DNA from: Eledone cirrhosa | Lineage: Eukaryota | DNA: 64,000 bases | NCBI GenBank assembly: GCA_964016885.1 | Contig: OZ024744.1 | Location: 127,968,001 to 128,032,000, forward strand | Direction: 5' to 3' | Shown: piece by piece, positions 10,401-21,900 of the stretch | Layout: the number at the start of each line of letters is the position of its first letter | Position numbering within the stretch: position 1 is the first letter of the stretch | Translations under genes and position numbers: made by a program | Notes under the pieces: generated by a model | The model's database searches: none | What the model was told of the DNA's origin: nothing | What the model saw: the letters and a program-made list of their open reading frames with translations, nothing else

Positions 10401-13400
10401 GTTGGGGTTAAGTTAAGTTGGGGTTAAGTTAAGTTGGCGTTAAGTTAAGTTGGGGTTAAGTTAAGTTGGGGTTAAATTAAGTTGGGGTTAAGTTAAGTTG
10501 GGGTTAATTTAAGTTGGGGTTAAGTTAAGTTGGGGTTAAGTTAAGTTGGAGTTAAGTCAAGTTGGGGTTAAATCAAGTTGCGGTTAAGTCAAGTTGGGGT
10601 TAAGTCAAGTTGGGGTTAAGTTAAGTTGGGGTTAAGTTAAGTTGGGGTTAACTTAAGTTGGGGTTAAGTTGGGGTTAAGTTAAGTTGGGGTTAAATTAAG
10701 TTGGGGGTTAGTTAAGTTGGGGCAAGTTAAGTTGGGGTTAATTTAAGTTGGGGTTAAGTTAAGTTGGGGTTAAGTTAAGTTGGGGGTAAGTTAAGTTGGC
10801 GTTAAGTTAAGTTGGGGGTAAGTTAAGTTGAGGGTAAGTTAAGTTGGGGTTAAGTTAAGTTGGGGTTAAATTAAGTTGAGGTTAAGTTAAGTTGGGGTTA
10901 AGTTAAGTTGGGGGTAAGATAAGTTGGGGGTAAGATAAGTTGGGGCTAAGTTAAGTTGGGGCTAAGTCAAGTTGGGGTTAATTCAAGTTGAGGTTAACTT
11001 AAGTTGGGGTTAAGTTAAGTTGGGGTTAAGTTAAGTTGGGGTTAAGGTAAGTTGGGGTTATGTTAAGTTGGGGCTATGTTAAGTTGGGGCTAAGTTAAGT
11101 TGGGGCTGAGTTAAGTTGGGGTTAAGTTAAGTTGGGGTTGAGTTAAGTTGGGGTTAAGTTAAGTTGGGATTAAGTTAAGTTGGGGTTAAGTTAAGTTCGG
11201 CTTGAGTTAAGTTGGGGTTAAGTTAAGTTGGGGTTAATTTAAGTTGGGGTTAAGTTAAGTTGGGGTTAAGATAAGTTGGGGTTAAGTTAAGTTGGGGTTA
11301 AGTTAAGTTGGGGTTGAGTTAATTTGGGGTTAAGTTAAGTTGGGGTTAACTTAAGTTGGGGTTAAGTTGGGGTTGAGTTAAGTTGGGGGTAGGTTAAGTT
11401 GGGGGCAAGTTTAGTTGGGGTTAATTTAAGTTGGGGTTACGTTAAGTTGGGCGTAAGTTAAGTCGGGGTTAAGTTAAGTTGGGGTTAAGTTAAGTTGGGT
11501 TTAAGTTAAGTTGGGGCTAAGTTAAGTTGGAGCTAAGTTAAGTTGGGGCTGAGTTAAGTTGGGGGTAAGTTAAGTTGGGGTTAAGTTAAGTTGGGGTTCA
11601 GTTCAGTTGGGGTTAAGTTAAGTTGGGGTTAAGTTAAGCTGGGGTTAAGTTAAGTTGGGGTTAAGTTAAGTTGGGGTTAAGTTAAGTTGGGGTTAAGTTA
11701 AGTTGGGGTTGAGTTAAGTTGGGGTTGAGTTAAGTTGGGGTTAAGTTAAGTTGGGGTTAAGTTAAGTTGGGGTTAAGTTAAGTTGGGGTTAAGTTAAGTT
11801 GGGGGTAAGTTAAGTTGGGGGCAAGTTAAGTTGGGGTTAAGTTAAGTTGAGGTTAAGTTAAGTTGGGGTTAAGTTAAGTTAGGGTTAATTTCAGTTGGGG
11901 TTATGTTAAGTTGGGGTTAAGTTAAGTTGGGGTTAAGTTAAGTTGGGGTAAAGTTAAGTTAGGGTTAAGTTAAGTTGGGGTTAAGTTAAGTTGGGGTTAA
12001 ATTAAGTTGGGGTTAAGTTAAGTTGGGGTTAAGTTAAGTTGGGGTTAAATTAAGTTGGGGTTCAGTTAAGTTGGGGTTAAATTAAGTTGGGGTTAAGTTA
12101 AGTTGGGGTTAGTTAAGTTGGGGTTAAGTTAAGTTGGGGTTAAGTTAAGTTGGGGTTAAGTTAAGTTGGGGTTAAATTAAGTTGGGGTTAAGTTAAGTTG
12201 GGGTTAAGTTAAGTTGGGGTTAAGTTAAGTTAGGGTTAATTTCAGTTGGGGTTATGTTAAGTTGGGGTTAAGTTAAGTTGGGGTTAAGTTAAAGTTGGGG
12301 TTAAGTTAAGTTGGCGTAAAGTTAAGTTAGGGTTAAGTTAAGTTGGGGTTAAGTTAAGTTGGGGTTAAGTTAAGTTGGGGGTAAGTTAAGTTGAGGGTAA
12401 GTTAAGTTGGGGTTAAGTTAAGTTGGGGTTAAATTAAGTTGAGGTTAAGTTAAGTTGGGGTTAAGTTAAGTTGGGGGTAAGATAAGTTGGGGGTAAGATA
12501 AGTTGGGGCTAAGTTAAGTTGGGGCTAAGTCAAGTTGGGGTTAATTCAAGTTGAGGTTAACTTAAGTTGGGGTTAAGTTAAGTTGGGGTTAATTTAAGTT
12601 GGGGTTAAGTTAAGTTGGGGTTAAGATAAGTTGGGGTTAAGTTAAGTTGGGGTTAAGTTAAGTTGGGGTTGAGTTAATTTGGGGTTAAGTTAAGTTGGGG
12701 TTAACTTAAGTTGGGGTTAAGTTGGGGTTAAGTTAAGTTGGGGGTAGGTTAAGTTGGGGGCAAGTTTAGTTGGGGTTAAGTTAAGTTGGGGTTACGTTAA
12801 GTTGGGCGTAAGTTAAGTCGGGGTTAAGTTAAGTTGGGGTTAAGTTAAGTTGGGTTTAAGTTAAGTTGGGGCTAAGTTAAGTTGGAGCTAAGTTAAGTTG
12901 GGGCTGAGTTAAGTTGGGGGTAAGTTAAGTTGGGGTTAAGTTAAGTTGGGGTTCAGTTAAGTTGGGGTTAAGTTAAGTTGGGGTTAAGTTAAGCTGGGGT
13001 TAAGTTAAGTTGGGGTTAAGTTAAGTTGGGGTTAAGTTAAGTTGGGGTTAAGTTAAGTTGGGGTTGAGTTAAGTTGGGGTTGAGTTAAGTTGGGGTTAAG
13101 TTAAGTTGGGGTTAAGTTAAGTTGGGGTTAAGTTAAGTTGGGGTTAAGTTAAGTTGGGGTTAAGTTAAGTTGGGGGCAAGTTAAGTTGGGGTTAAGTTAA
13201 GTTGGGGTTAAGTTAAGTTGGGGTTAAGTTAAGTTAGGGTTAATTTCAGTTGGGGTTATGTTAAGTTGGGGTTAAGTTAAGTTGGGGTTAAGTTAAAGTT
13301 GGGGTTAAGTTAAGTTGGGGTAAAGTTAAGTTAGGGTTAAGTTAAGTTGGGGTTAAGTTAAGTTGGGGTTAAATTAAGTTGGGGTTAAGTTAAGTTGGGG

Positions 13401-16400
13401 TTAAGTTAAGCTGGGGTTAAATTAAGTTGGGGTTCAGTTAAGTTGGGGTTAAATTAAGTTGGGGTTAAGTTAAGTTGGGGTTAGTTAAGTTGGGGTTAAG
13501 TTAAGTTGGGGTTAAGTTAAGTTGGGGTTAAGTTAAGTTGGGGTTAAATTAAGTTGGGGTTAAGTTAAGTTGGGGTTAAGTTAAGTTGGGGTTAAGTTAA
13601 GTTAGGGTTAATTTCAGTTGGGGTTATGTTAAGTTGGGGTTAAGTTAAGTTGGGGTTAAGTTAAAGTTGGGGTTAAGTTAAGTTGGCGTAAAGTTAAGTT
13701 AGGGTTAAGTTAAGTTGGGGTTAAGTTAAGTTGGGGTTAAATTAAGTTGGGGTTAAGTTAAGTTGGGGTTAAGTTAAGTTAGGGTTAAATTAAGTTGGGG
13801 TTCAGTTAAGTTGGGGTTAAATTAAGTTGGGGTTAAGTTAAGTTGGGGTTAGTTAAGTTGGGGTTAAGTTAAGTTGGCGTTAAGTTAAGTTGGGGTTAAG
13901 TTAAGTTGGCGTTAAGTTAAGTTGGGGTTAAGTTAAGTTGGGGTTAAGTTAAGTTGGGGTTAAGTTAAGTTGGGGTTAATTTAAGTTGGGGTTAAGTTAA
14001 GTTGGGGTTAAGTTAAGTTGGAGTTAAGTCAAGTTGGTGTTAAGTCAAGTTGGGGTTAAGTCAAGTTGGGGTTAAGTCAAGTTGGGGTTAAGTTAAGTTG
14101 GGGTTAAGTTAAGTTGGGGTTAAGTTAAGTTGGGGGTAAGTTAAGTTGGGTGTAAGTTAAGTTGGGGTTAAGTTAAGTTGGGGTTCAGTTCAGTTGGGGT
14201 TAAGTTAAGTTGGGGTTAAGTTAAGCTGGGGGTAAGTTAAGTTGGGGTTAAGTTAAGTTGGGGTTAAGTTAAGTTGGGGTTAAGTTAAGTTGGGGTTCAG
14301 TTAAGTTGGGGTTAAGTTAATTTGGGGCTGAGTTAAGTTGGGGTTAAGTTAAGTTCGGGTTGAGTTAAGTTGGGGTTAAGTTAAGTTGGGGTTAAGTTAA
14401 GTTGGGGTTAAGTTAAGTTGGGGTTAAGATAAGTTGGGGTTAAGTTAAGTTGGGGTTAATTTAAGTTGGGGTTGAGTTAATTTGGGTTTAAGTTAAGTTA
14501 GCCTTAACTTAAGTTGGGGTTAAGTTAAGTTGGGGTTAAGTTAAGTTGGGGGTAAGTTAAGTTGGGGGCAAGTTAAGTTGGGGTTAATTTAAGTTGGGGT
14601 TAAGTTAAGTTGGGGTTAAGTTAAGTTGGGGGTAACTTAAGTTGGGGTTAAGTTAAGTTGAGGGTAAGTTAAGTTGAGGTTAAGTTAAGTTGGGGTTAAG
14701 TTAAGTTGGGGGTAAGTTAAGTTGGGGGTAAGTTAAGTTGGGGTTAAGTTAAGTTGGGGTTAAATTAAGTTGAGGTTAAGTTAATTTGGGGTTAAGTTAA
14801 GTTAGGGTTAATTTCAGTTGGGGTTAATTTAAGTTGGGGTTAAGTTAAGTTAGGGTTAATTTAAGTTGGGGTTATGTTAAGTTGGGGTTAAGTTAAGTTG
14901 GAGTTAAGTTAAGTTGGTGTTAAGTAAAGTTGGGGTTAAGTTAAGTTGTGGGTTAAGTTAAGTTGGGGTTAAGTTAAGTTGGGGTTAAGTTAAGTTGGTG
15001 TTAAGTAAAGTTGGGCTTAAGTTAAGTTGGGTTTGAGTTAAGTTGGGGCTAAGTTAAGTTAGGGCTAAGTTAAGTTGGGGTTAAGTTAAGTTGGGGCTAG
15101 GTTAAGTTGGGTCTAAGTTAAGTTGGGGTTAAGTTAAGTTGGGGTTAAATTAAGTTGGGGTTAAATTAAGTTGGGGTTAAGTTAAGTTGGGGTTAAGCTA
15201 AGTTGGGGATAAGTTAATTTGCGGTTAAGTTAGGTTGTGGGTTAAGTTAAGTTGGGGGTAAGTTAAGTTGGGGGTAAGTTAAGTTGGGGTTAATTTAAGT
15301 TGGGGTTAAGTTAAGTTGGGGTTAAGTTAAGTTGGGGTTAAGTTAAGTTGGCGTTAATTTAACTTGGGGTAAAGTTAAGTTGGGGTTAAGTTAAGTTGGG
15401 GTTAAGTTAAGTTGGGGTTAAGTTAAGTTGGGGTTAAGTCAAGTTGGGGTTAAGTCAAGTTGGGGTTAAGTCAAGTTGGGGTTAAGTTACGTTGGGGTTA
15501 AGTTAAGTTGGGGGTAAGTTAAGTTGGGGGTAAGTTAAGTTGGGGGCAAGTTAAGTTGGGGTTAAGTTAAGTTGGGGTTAAGTTAAGTTGGGGTTAAGTT
15601 AAGTTGGGGTTAAGTTAAATTAGGGTTAATTTCAGTTGGGGTTATGTTAAGTTGGGGTTAAGTTAAGTTGGGGTTAAGTTAAAGTTGGGGTTAAGTTAAG
15701 TTGGGGTAAAGTTAAGTTAGGGTTAAGTTGAGTTGGGGTTAAGTTAAGTTGGGGTTAAATTAAGTTGGGGCTAAGTTAAGTTGGGGTTAAGGTAAGTTGG
15801 GGTTAAATTAAGTTGGGGTTCAGTTAAGTTGGGGTTAAATTAAGTTGGGGTTAAGTTAAGTTGGGGTTAGTTAAGTTGGGGTTAAGTTAAGTTGGGGTTA
15901 AGTTAAGTTGGGGTTAAGTTAAGTTGGGGTTAAGTTAAGTTGGCGTTAAGTTAAGTTGGGGTTAAGTTAAGTTGGGGTTAAATTAAGTTGGGGTTAAGTT
16001 AAGTTGGGGTTAATTTAAGTTGGGGTTAAGTTAAGTTGGGGTTAAGTTAAGTTGGAGTTAAGTCAAGTTGGGGTTAAGTCAAGTTGCGGTTAAGTCAAGT
16101 TGGGGTTAAGTCAAGTTGGGGTTAAGTTAAGTTGGGGTTAAGTTAAGTTGGGGTTAACTTAAGTTGGGGTTAAGTTGGGGTTAAGTTAAGTTGGGGTTAA
16201 ATTAAGTTGGGGGTTAGTTAAGTTGGGGCAAGTTAAGTTGGGGTTAATTTAAGTTGGGGTTAAGTTAAGTTGGGGTTAAGTTAAGTTGGGGGTAAGTTAA
16301 GTTGGGGTTAAGTTAAGTTGGGGGTAAGTTAAGTTGAGGGTAAGTTAAGTTGGGGTTAAGTTAAGTTGGGGTTAAATTAAGTTGAGGTTAATTTAAGTTG

Positions 16401-17880
16401 GGGTTAAGTTAAGTTGGGGGTAAGATAAGTTGGGGGTAAGATAAGTTGGGGCTAAGTTAAGTTGGGGCTAAGTCAAGTTGGGGTTAATTCAAGTTGAGGT
16501 TAACTTAAGTTGGGGTTAAGTTAAGTTGGGGTTAAGTTAAGTTGGGGTTAAGGTAAGTTGGGGTTATGTTAAGTTGGGGCTATGTTAAGTTGGGGCTAAG
16601 TTAAGTTGGGGCTGAGTTAAGTTGGGGTTAAGTTAAGTTGGGGTTGAGTTAAGTTGGGGTTAAGTTAAGTTGGGATTAAGTTAAGTTGGGGTTAAGTTAA
16701 GTTCGGCTTGAGTTAAGTTGGGGTTAAGTTAAGTTGGGGTTAATTTAAGTTGGGGTTAAGTTAAGTTGGGGTTAAGATAAGTTGGGGTTAAGTTAAGTTG
16801 GGGTTAAGTTAAGTTGGGGTTGAGTTAATTTGGGGTTAAGTTAAGTTGGGGTTAACTTAAGTTGGGGTTAAGTTGGGGTTGAGTTAAGTTGAGGGTAGGT
16901 TAAGTTGGGGGCAAGTTTAGTTGGGGTTAAGTTAAGTTGGGGTTACGTTAAGTTGGGCGTAAGTTAAGTCGGGGTTAAGTTAAGTTGGGGTTAAGTTAAG
17001 TTGGGTTTAAGTTAAGTTGGGGCTAAGTTAAGTTGGAGCTAAGTTAAGTTGGGGCTGAGTTAAGTTGGGGGTAAGTTAAGTTGGGGTTAAGTTAAGTTGG
17101 GGTTCAGTTCAGTTGGGGTTAAGTTAAGTTGGGGTTAAGTTAAGCTGGGGTTAAGTTAAGTTGGGGTTAAGTTAAGTTGGGGTTAAGTTAAGTTGGGGTT
17201 AAGTTAAGTTGGGGTTGAGTTAAGTTGGGGTTGAGTTAAGTTGGGGTTAAGTTAAGTTGGGGTTAAGTTAAGTTGGGGTTAAGTTAAGTTGGGGTTAAGT
17301 TAAGTTGGGGGTAAGTTAAGTTGGGGGCAAGTTAAGTTGGGGTTAAGTTAAGTTGGGGTTAAGTTAAGTTGGGGTTAAGTTAAGTTAGGGTTAATTTCAG
17401 TTGGGGTTATGTTAAGTTGGGGTTAAGTTAAGTTGGGGTTAAGTTAAAGTTGGGGTTAAGTTAAGTTGGGGTAAAGTTAAGTTAGGGTTAAGTTAAGTTG
17501 GGGTTAAGTTAAGTTGGGGTTAAATTAAGTTGGGGTTAAGTTAAGTTGGGGTTAAGTTAAGTTGGGGTTAAATTAAGTTGGGGTTCAGTTAAGTTGGGGT
17601 TAAATTAAGTTGGGGTTAAGTTAAGTTGGGGTTAGTTAAGTTGGGGTTAAGTTAAGTTGGGGTTAAGTTAAGTTGGGGTTAAGTTAAGTTGGGGTTAAAT
17701 TAAGTTGGGGTTAAGTTAAGTTGGGGTTAAGTTAAGTTGGGGTTAAGTTAAGTTAGGGTTAATTTCAGTTGGGGTTATGTTAAGTTGGGGTTAAGTTAAG
17801 TTGGGGTTAAGTTAAAGTTGGGGTTAAGTTAAGTTGGCGTAAAGTTAAGTTAGGGTTAAGTTAAGTTGGGGTTAAGTTAA
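1433..17880 (+). repeat. Three tandem copies of a ~5.46-kb higher-order unit (approx. 1433-6900, 6900-12360, 12360-17880)
   Basis: Markers recur in the same order: unit-start GAGGG at 1476/6935/12393; AGCCTTAAC at 3551/8978/14500; the ACG of GTTACGTTGGGG at 4556/9983/15489; CGGCTTGAG at 5723/11198/16704. Offsets of 5427-5522 differ mostly by multiples of 16. Confidence 0.85.
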
Positions 17881-18949
17881 GTTGGGGTTAAATTAAGTTG
17901 GGGTTAAGTTAAGTTGGGGTTAAGTTAAGTTGGGGTTAAATTAAGTTGGGGTTCAGTTAAGTTGGGGTTAAATTAAGTTAGGGTTAAGTTAAGTTGGGGT
18001 TAGTTAAGTTGGGGTTAAGTTAAGTTGGCGTTAAGTTAAGTTGGGGTTAAGTTAAGTTGGCGTTAAGTTAAGTTGGGGTTAAGTTAAGTTGGGGTTAAGT
18101 TAAGTTGGGGTTAAGTTAAGTTGGGGTTAATTTAAGTTGGGGTTAAGTTAAGTTGGGGTTAAGTTAAGTTGGAGTTAAGTCAAGTTGGTGTTAAGTCAAG
18201 TTGGGGTTAAGTCAAGTTGGGGTTAAGTCAAGTTGGGGTTAAGTTAAGTTGGGGTTAAGTTAAGTTGGGGTTAAGTTAAGTTGGGGGTAAGTTAAGTTGG
18301 GTGTAAGTTAAGTTGGGGTAAGTTAAGTTGGGGTTCAGTTCAGTTGGGGTTAAGTTAAGTTGGGGTTAAGTTAAGCTGGGGGTAAGTTAAGTTGGGGTTA
18401 AGTTAAGTTGGGGTTAAGTTAAGTTGGGGTTAAGTTAAGTTGGGGTTCAGTTAAGTTGGGGTTAAGTTAATTTGGGGCTGAGTTAAGTTGGGGTTAAGTT
18501 AAGTTCGGGTTGAGTTAAGTTGGGGTTAAGTTAAGTTGGGGTTAAGTTAAGTTGGGGTTAAGTTAAGTTGGGGTTAAGATAAGTTGGGGTTAAGTTAAGT
18601 TGGGGTTAATTTAAGTTGGGGTTGAGTTAATTTGGGTTTAAGTTAAGTTGGCCTTAACTTAGGTTGGGGTTAAGTTAAGTTGGGGTTAAGTTAAGTTGGG
18701 GGTAAGTTAAGTTGGGGGCAAGTTAAGTTGGGGTTAATTTAAGTTGGGGTTAAGTTAAGTTGGGGTTAAGTTAAGTTGGGGGTAACTTAAGTTGGGGTTA
18801 AGTTAAGTTGAGGGTAAGTTAAGTTGAGGTTAAGTTAAGTTGGGGTTAAGTTAAGTTGGGGGTAAGTTAAGTTGGGGGTAAGTTAAGTTGGGGTTAAGTT
18901 AAGTTGGGGTTAAATTAAGTTGAGGTTAAGTTAATTTGGGGTTAAGTTA

Positions 18950-21900
18950 AGTTGGGGTTAAGTTAAGTTGGGGGTAAGATAAGTTGGGGCTAAGTTAAGT
19001 TGGGGCTAAGTCAAGTTGGGGTTAAGTCAAGTTGGGGTTAAGTCAAGTTGAGGTTAACTTAAGTTGGGGTTAAGTTAAGTTGGGGTTAAGTTAAGTTGGG
19101 GTTAACGTAAGTTGGGGTTAAGTTAAGTTGGGGCTAAGTTAAGTTGGGGCTAAGTTAAGTTGGGGCTGAGTTAAGTTGTGGTTAAGTTCAGTTGGGGTTA
19201 AGTTAAGTTGGGGTTAAGTTAAGCTGGGGGTAAGTTAAGTTGGGTGTAAGTTAAGTTGGGGTTAAGTTAAGTTGGGGTTAAGTTAAGTTGGGGTTAAATT
19301 AAGTTGGGGTTAAATTAAGTTGGGGTTATGTTAAGTTGGGGTTAAGTTAAGTTGGGGTTAAGATAAGTTGGGGTTAAGTTAAGTTGAGGTTAAGTTAAGT
19401 TGGAGTTAAGTTAAGTTGGGGTTAAGCTAAGTTGGGGTTAAGTTAATTTGCGTTTAAGTTAGGTTGTGGGTTAAGTTAAGTTGGGGTTAAGTTAAGCTGG
19501 GGTTAAGTTGGGGTAAGTTAAGTTGGGGGCAAGTTAAGTTGGGGTTAAGTTAATTTGGGGTTAAGTTAAGTTGGGGTTAAGTTAAGTTGGGGTTGAGTTA
19601 AGTTGGGGTTGAGTTAAGTTGGGGTTAAGTTAAGTTGGGGTTAAGTTAAGTTGGGGTTAAGTTAAGTTGGGGTTAAGTTAAGTTGGGGTTAAGTTAAGTT
19701 GGGGTTAAGTTAAGTTAGGGTTAATTTCAGTTGGGGTTATGTTAAGTTGGGGTGAAGTTAAGTGGGGTTAAGTTAAAGTTGGGGTTAAGTTAAGTTGGGG
19801 TAAAGTTAAGTTAGGGTTAAGTTAAGTTGGGGTTAAGTTAAGTTGGGGTTAAATTAAGTTGGGGTTAAGTTAAGTTGGGGTTAAGTTGGGGTTAAATTAA
19901 GTTGGGGTTCAGTTAAGTTGGGGTTAAATTAAGTTGGGGTTAAGTTAAGTTGGGGTTAGTTAAGTTGGGGTTAAGTTAAGTTGGGGTTAAATTAAGTTGG
20001 GGTTAAGTTAAGTTGGGGTTAATTTAAGTTGGGGTTAAGTTAAGTCGGGGTTAAGTTAAGTTGGAGTTAAGTCAAGTTGGGGTTAAGTCAAGTTGGGGTT
20101 AAGTCAAGTTGGGGTTAAGTCAAGTTGGGGTTAAGTTAAGTTGGGGTTAAGTTAAGTTGGGGTTAAGTTAAGTTGGAGTTAAGTTAAGTTGGAGTTAAGT
20201 TAAGTTGGGGTTAAGCTAAGTTGGGGTTCAGTTAAGTTGGGGGTAAGTTAAGTTGGGGTTAAGTTAAGTTGGGGTTAAGTTAAGTTGGGGTTAAGTTAAG
20301 TTGGGGTTAAGTTAAGTTGGAGTTAAGTTAAGTTGGAGTTAAGTTAAGTTGGGGTTAAGTTAAGTTGGGGTTAAGCTAAGTTGGGGTTCAGTTAAGTTGG
20401 GGTTAAGTTAAGTTGGGGTTAAGATAAGTTGGGGTTAAGTTAAGTTGGGGTTAATTTAAGTTGGGGTTGAGTTAAGTTGGGGTTAAGTTAAGTTCGGGTT
20501 GAGTTAAGTTGGGGTTAAGTTAAGTTGGGGTTAAGTTAAGTTGGGGTTAAGTTAAGTTGGGGTTAAGATAAGTTGGGGTTAAGTTAAGTTGGGGTTAATT
20601 TAAGTTGGGGTTGAGTTAATTTGGGTTTAAGTTAAGTTGGGCTTAACTTAAGTTGGGGTTAAGTTGGGGTTAAGTTAAGTTGGGGTTAAGTTAAGTTGGG
20701 GTTAAGTTAAGTTGGGGGTAAGTTAAGTAGGGGGCAAGTTAAGTTGGGGTTAATTTAAGTTGGGGTTAAGTTAAGTTGGGGTTATGTTAAGTTGGGGTTA
20801 ATTTAAGTTGGGGTTAAGTTAAGTTGGGGGTAACTTAAGTTGAGGGTAAGTTAAGTTGAGGGTAAGTTAAGTTGAGGGTAAGTTAAGTTGAGGTTAAGTT
20901 AAGTTGGGGTTAAGTTAAGTTGGGGGTAAGTTAAGTTGGGGGTAAGTTAAGTTGGGGTTAAGTTAAGTTGGGGTTAAATTAAGTTGAGGTTAAGTTAATT
21001 TGGGGTTAAGTTAAGTTGGGGTTAAGTTAAGTTGGGGGTAAGATAAGTTGGGGCTAACTTAAGTTGGGGCTAAGTCAAGTTGGGGTTAAGTCAAGTTGAG
21101 GTTAACTTAAGTTGGGGTTAAGTTAAGTTGGGGTTAAGTTAAGTTGGGGTTAAGGTAAGTTGGGGTTAAGTTAAGTTGGGGCTAAGTTAAGTTGGGGCTA
21201 AGTTAAGTTGGGGCTGAGTTAAGTTGGGGTTAAGTTGGGGTTGAGTTAAGTTGGGGTTAAGTTAAGTTGGGATTAAGTTAAGTTGGGGTTAAGTTAAGTT
21301 CGGGTTGAGTTAAGTTGGGGTTAAGTTAAGTTGGGGGTAATTTAAGTTGGGGTTAAGTTAAGTTGGGGTTAAGATAAGTTGGGGTTAAGTTAAGTTGGGG
21401 TTAAGTTAAGTTGGGGTTGAGTTAATTTGGGGTTAAGTTAAGTTGGGGTTAACTTAAGTTGGGGTTAAGTTAAGTTGGGGTTAAGTTAAGTTGGGGGTAA
21501 GTTAAGTTGGGGGCAAGTTGAGTTGGGGTTAAGTTAAGTTGGGGTTAAGTTAAGGTGGGGGTAAGTTAAGTTGGGGGTAAGTTAAGTTGGGGTTAAGTTA
21601 AGTTGGGGTTAAGTTAAGTTAGGTTTAAGTTAAGTTGGGGCTAAGTCTAGTTGGGGCTAAGTTAAGTTGGGGCTGAGTTAAGTTGGGGTTAAGTTAAGTT
21701 GGGGTTGAGTTAAGTTGGGGTTAACTTAAGTTGGGGTTAAGTTGGGGTTAAGTTAAGTTGGGGTTAAGTTAAGTTGGGGGTTAGTTAAGTTGCGGCAAGT
21801 TAAGTTGGGGTTAATTTAAGTTGGGGTTAAGTTAAGTTGGGGTTATGTTAAGTTGGGGTTAAGTTAAGTTGGGGTTAAGTTAAGTTGGGGGTAAGTTAAT

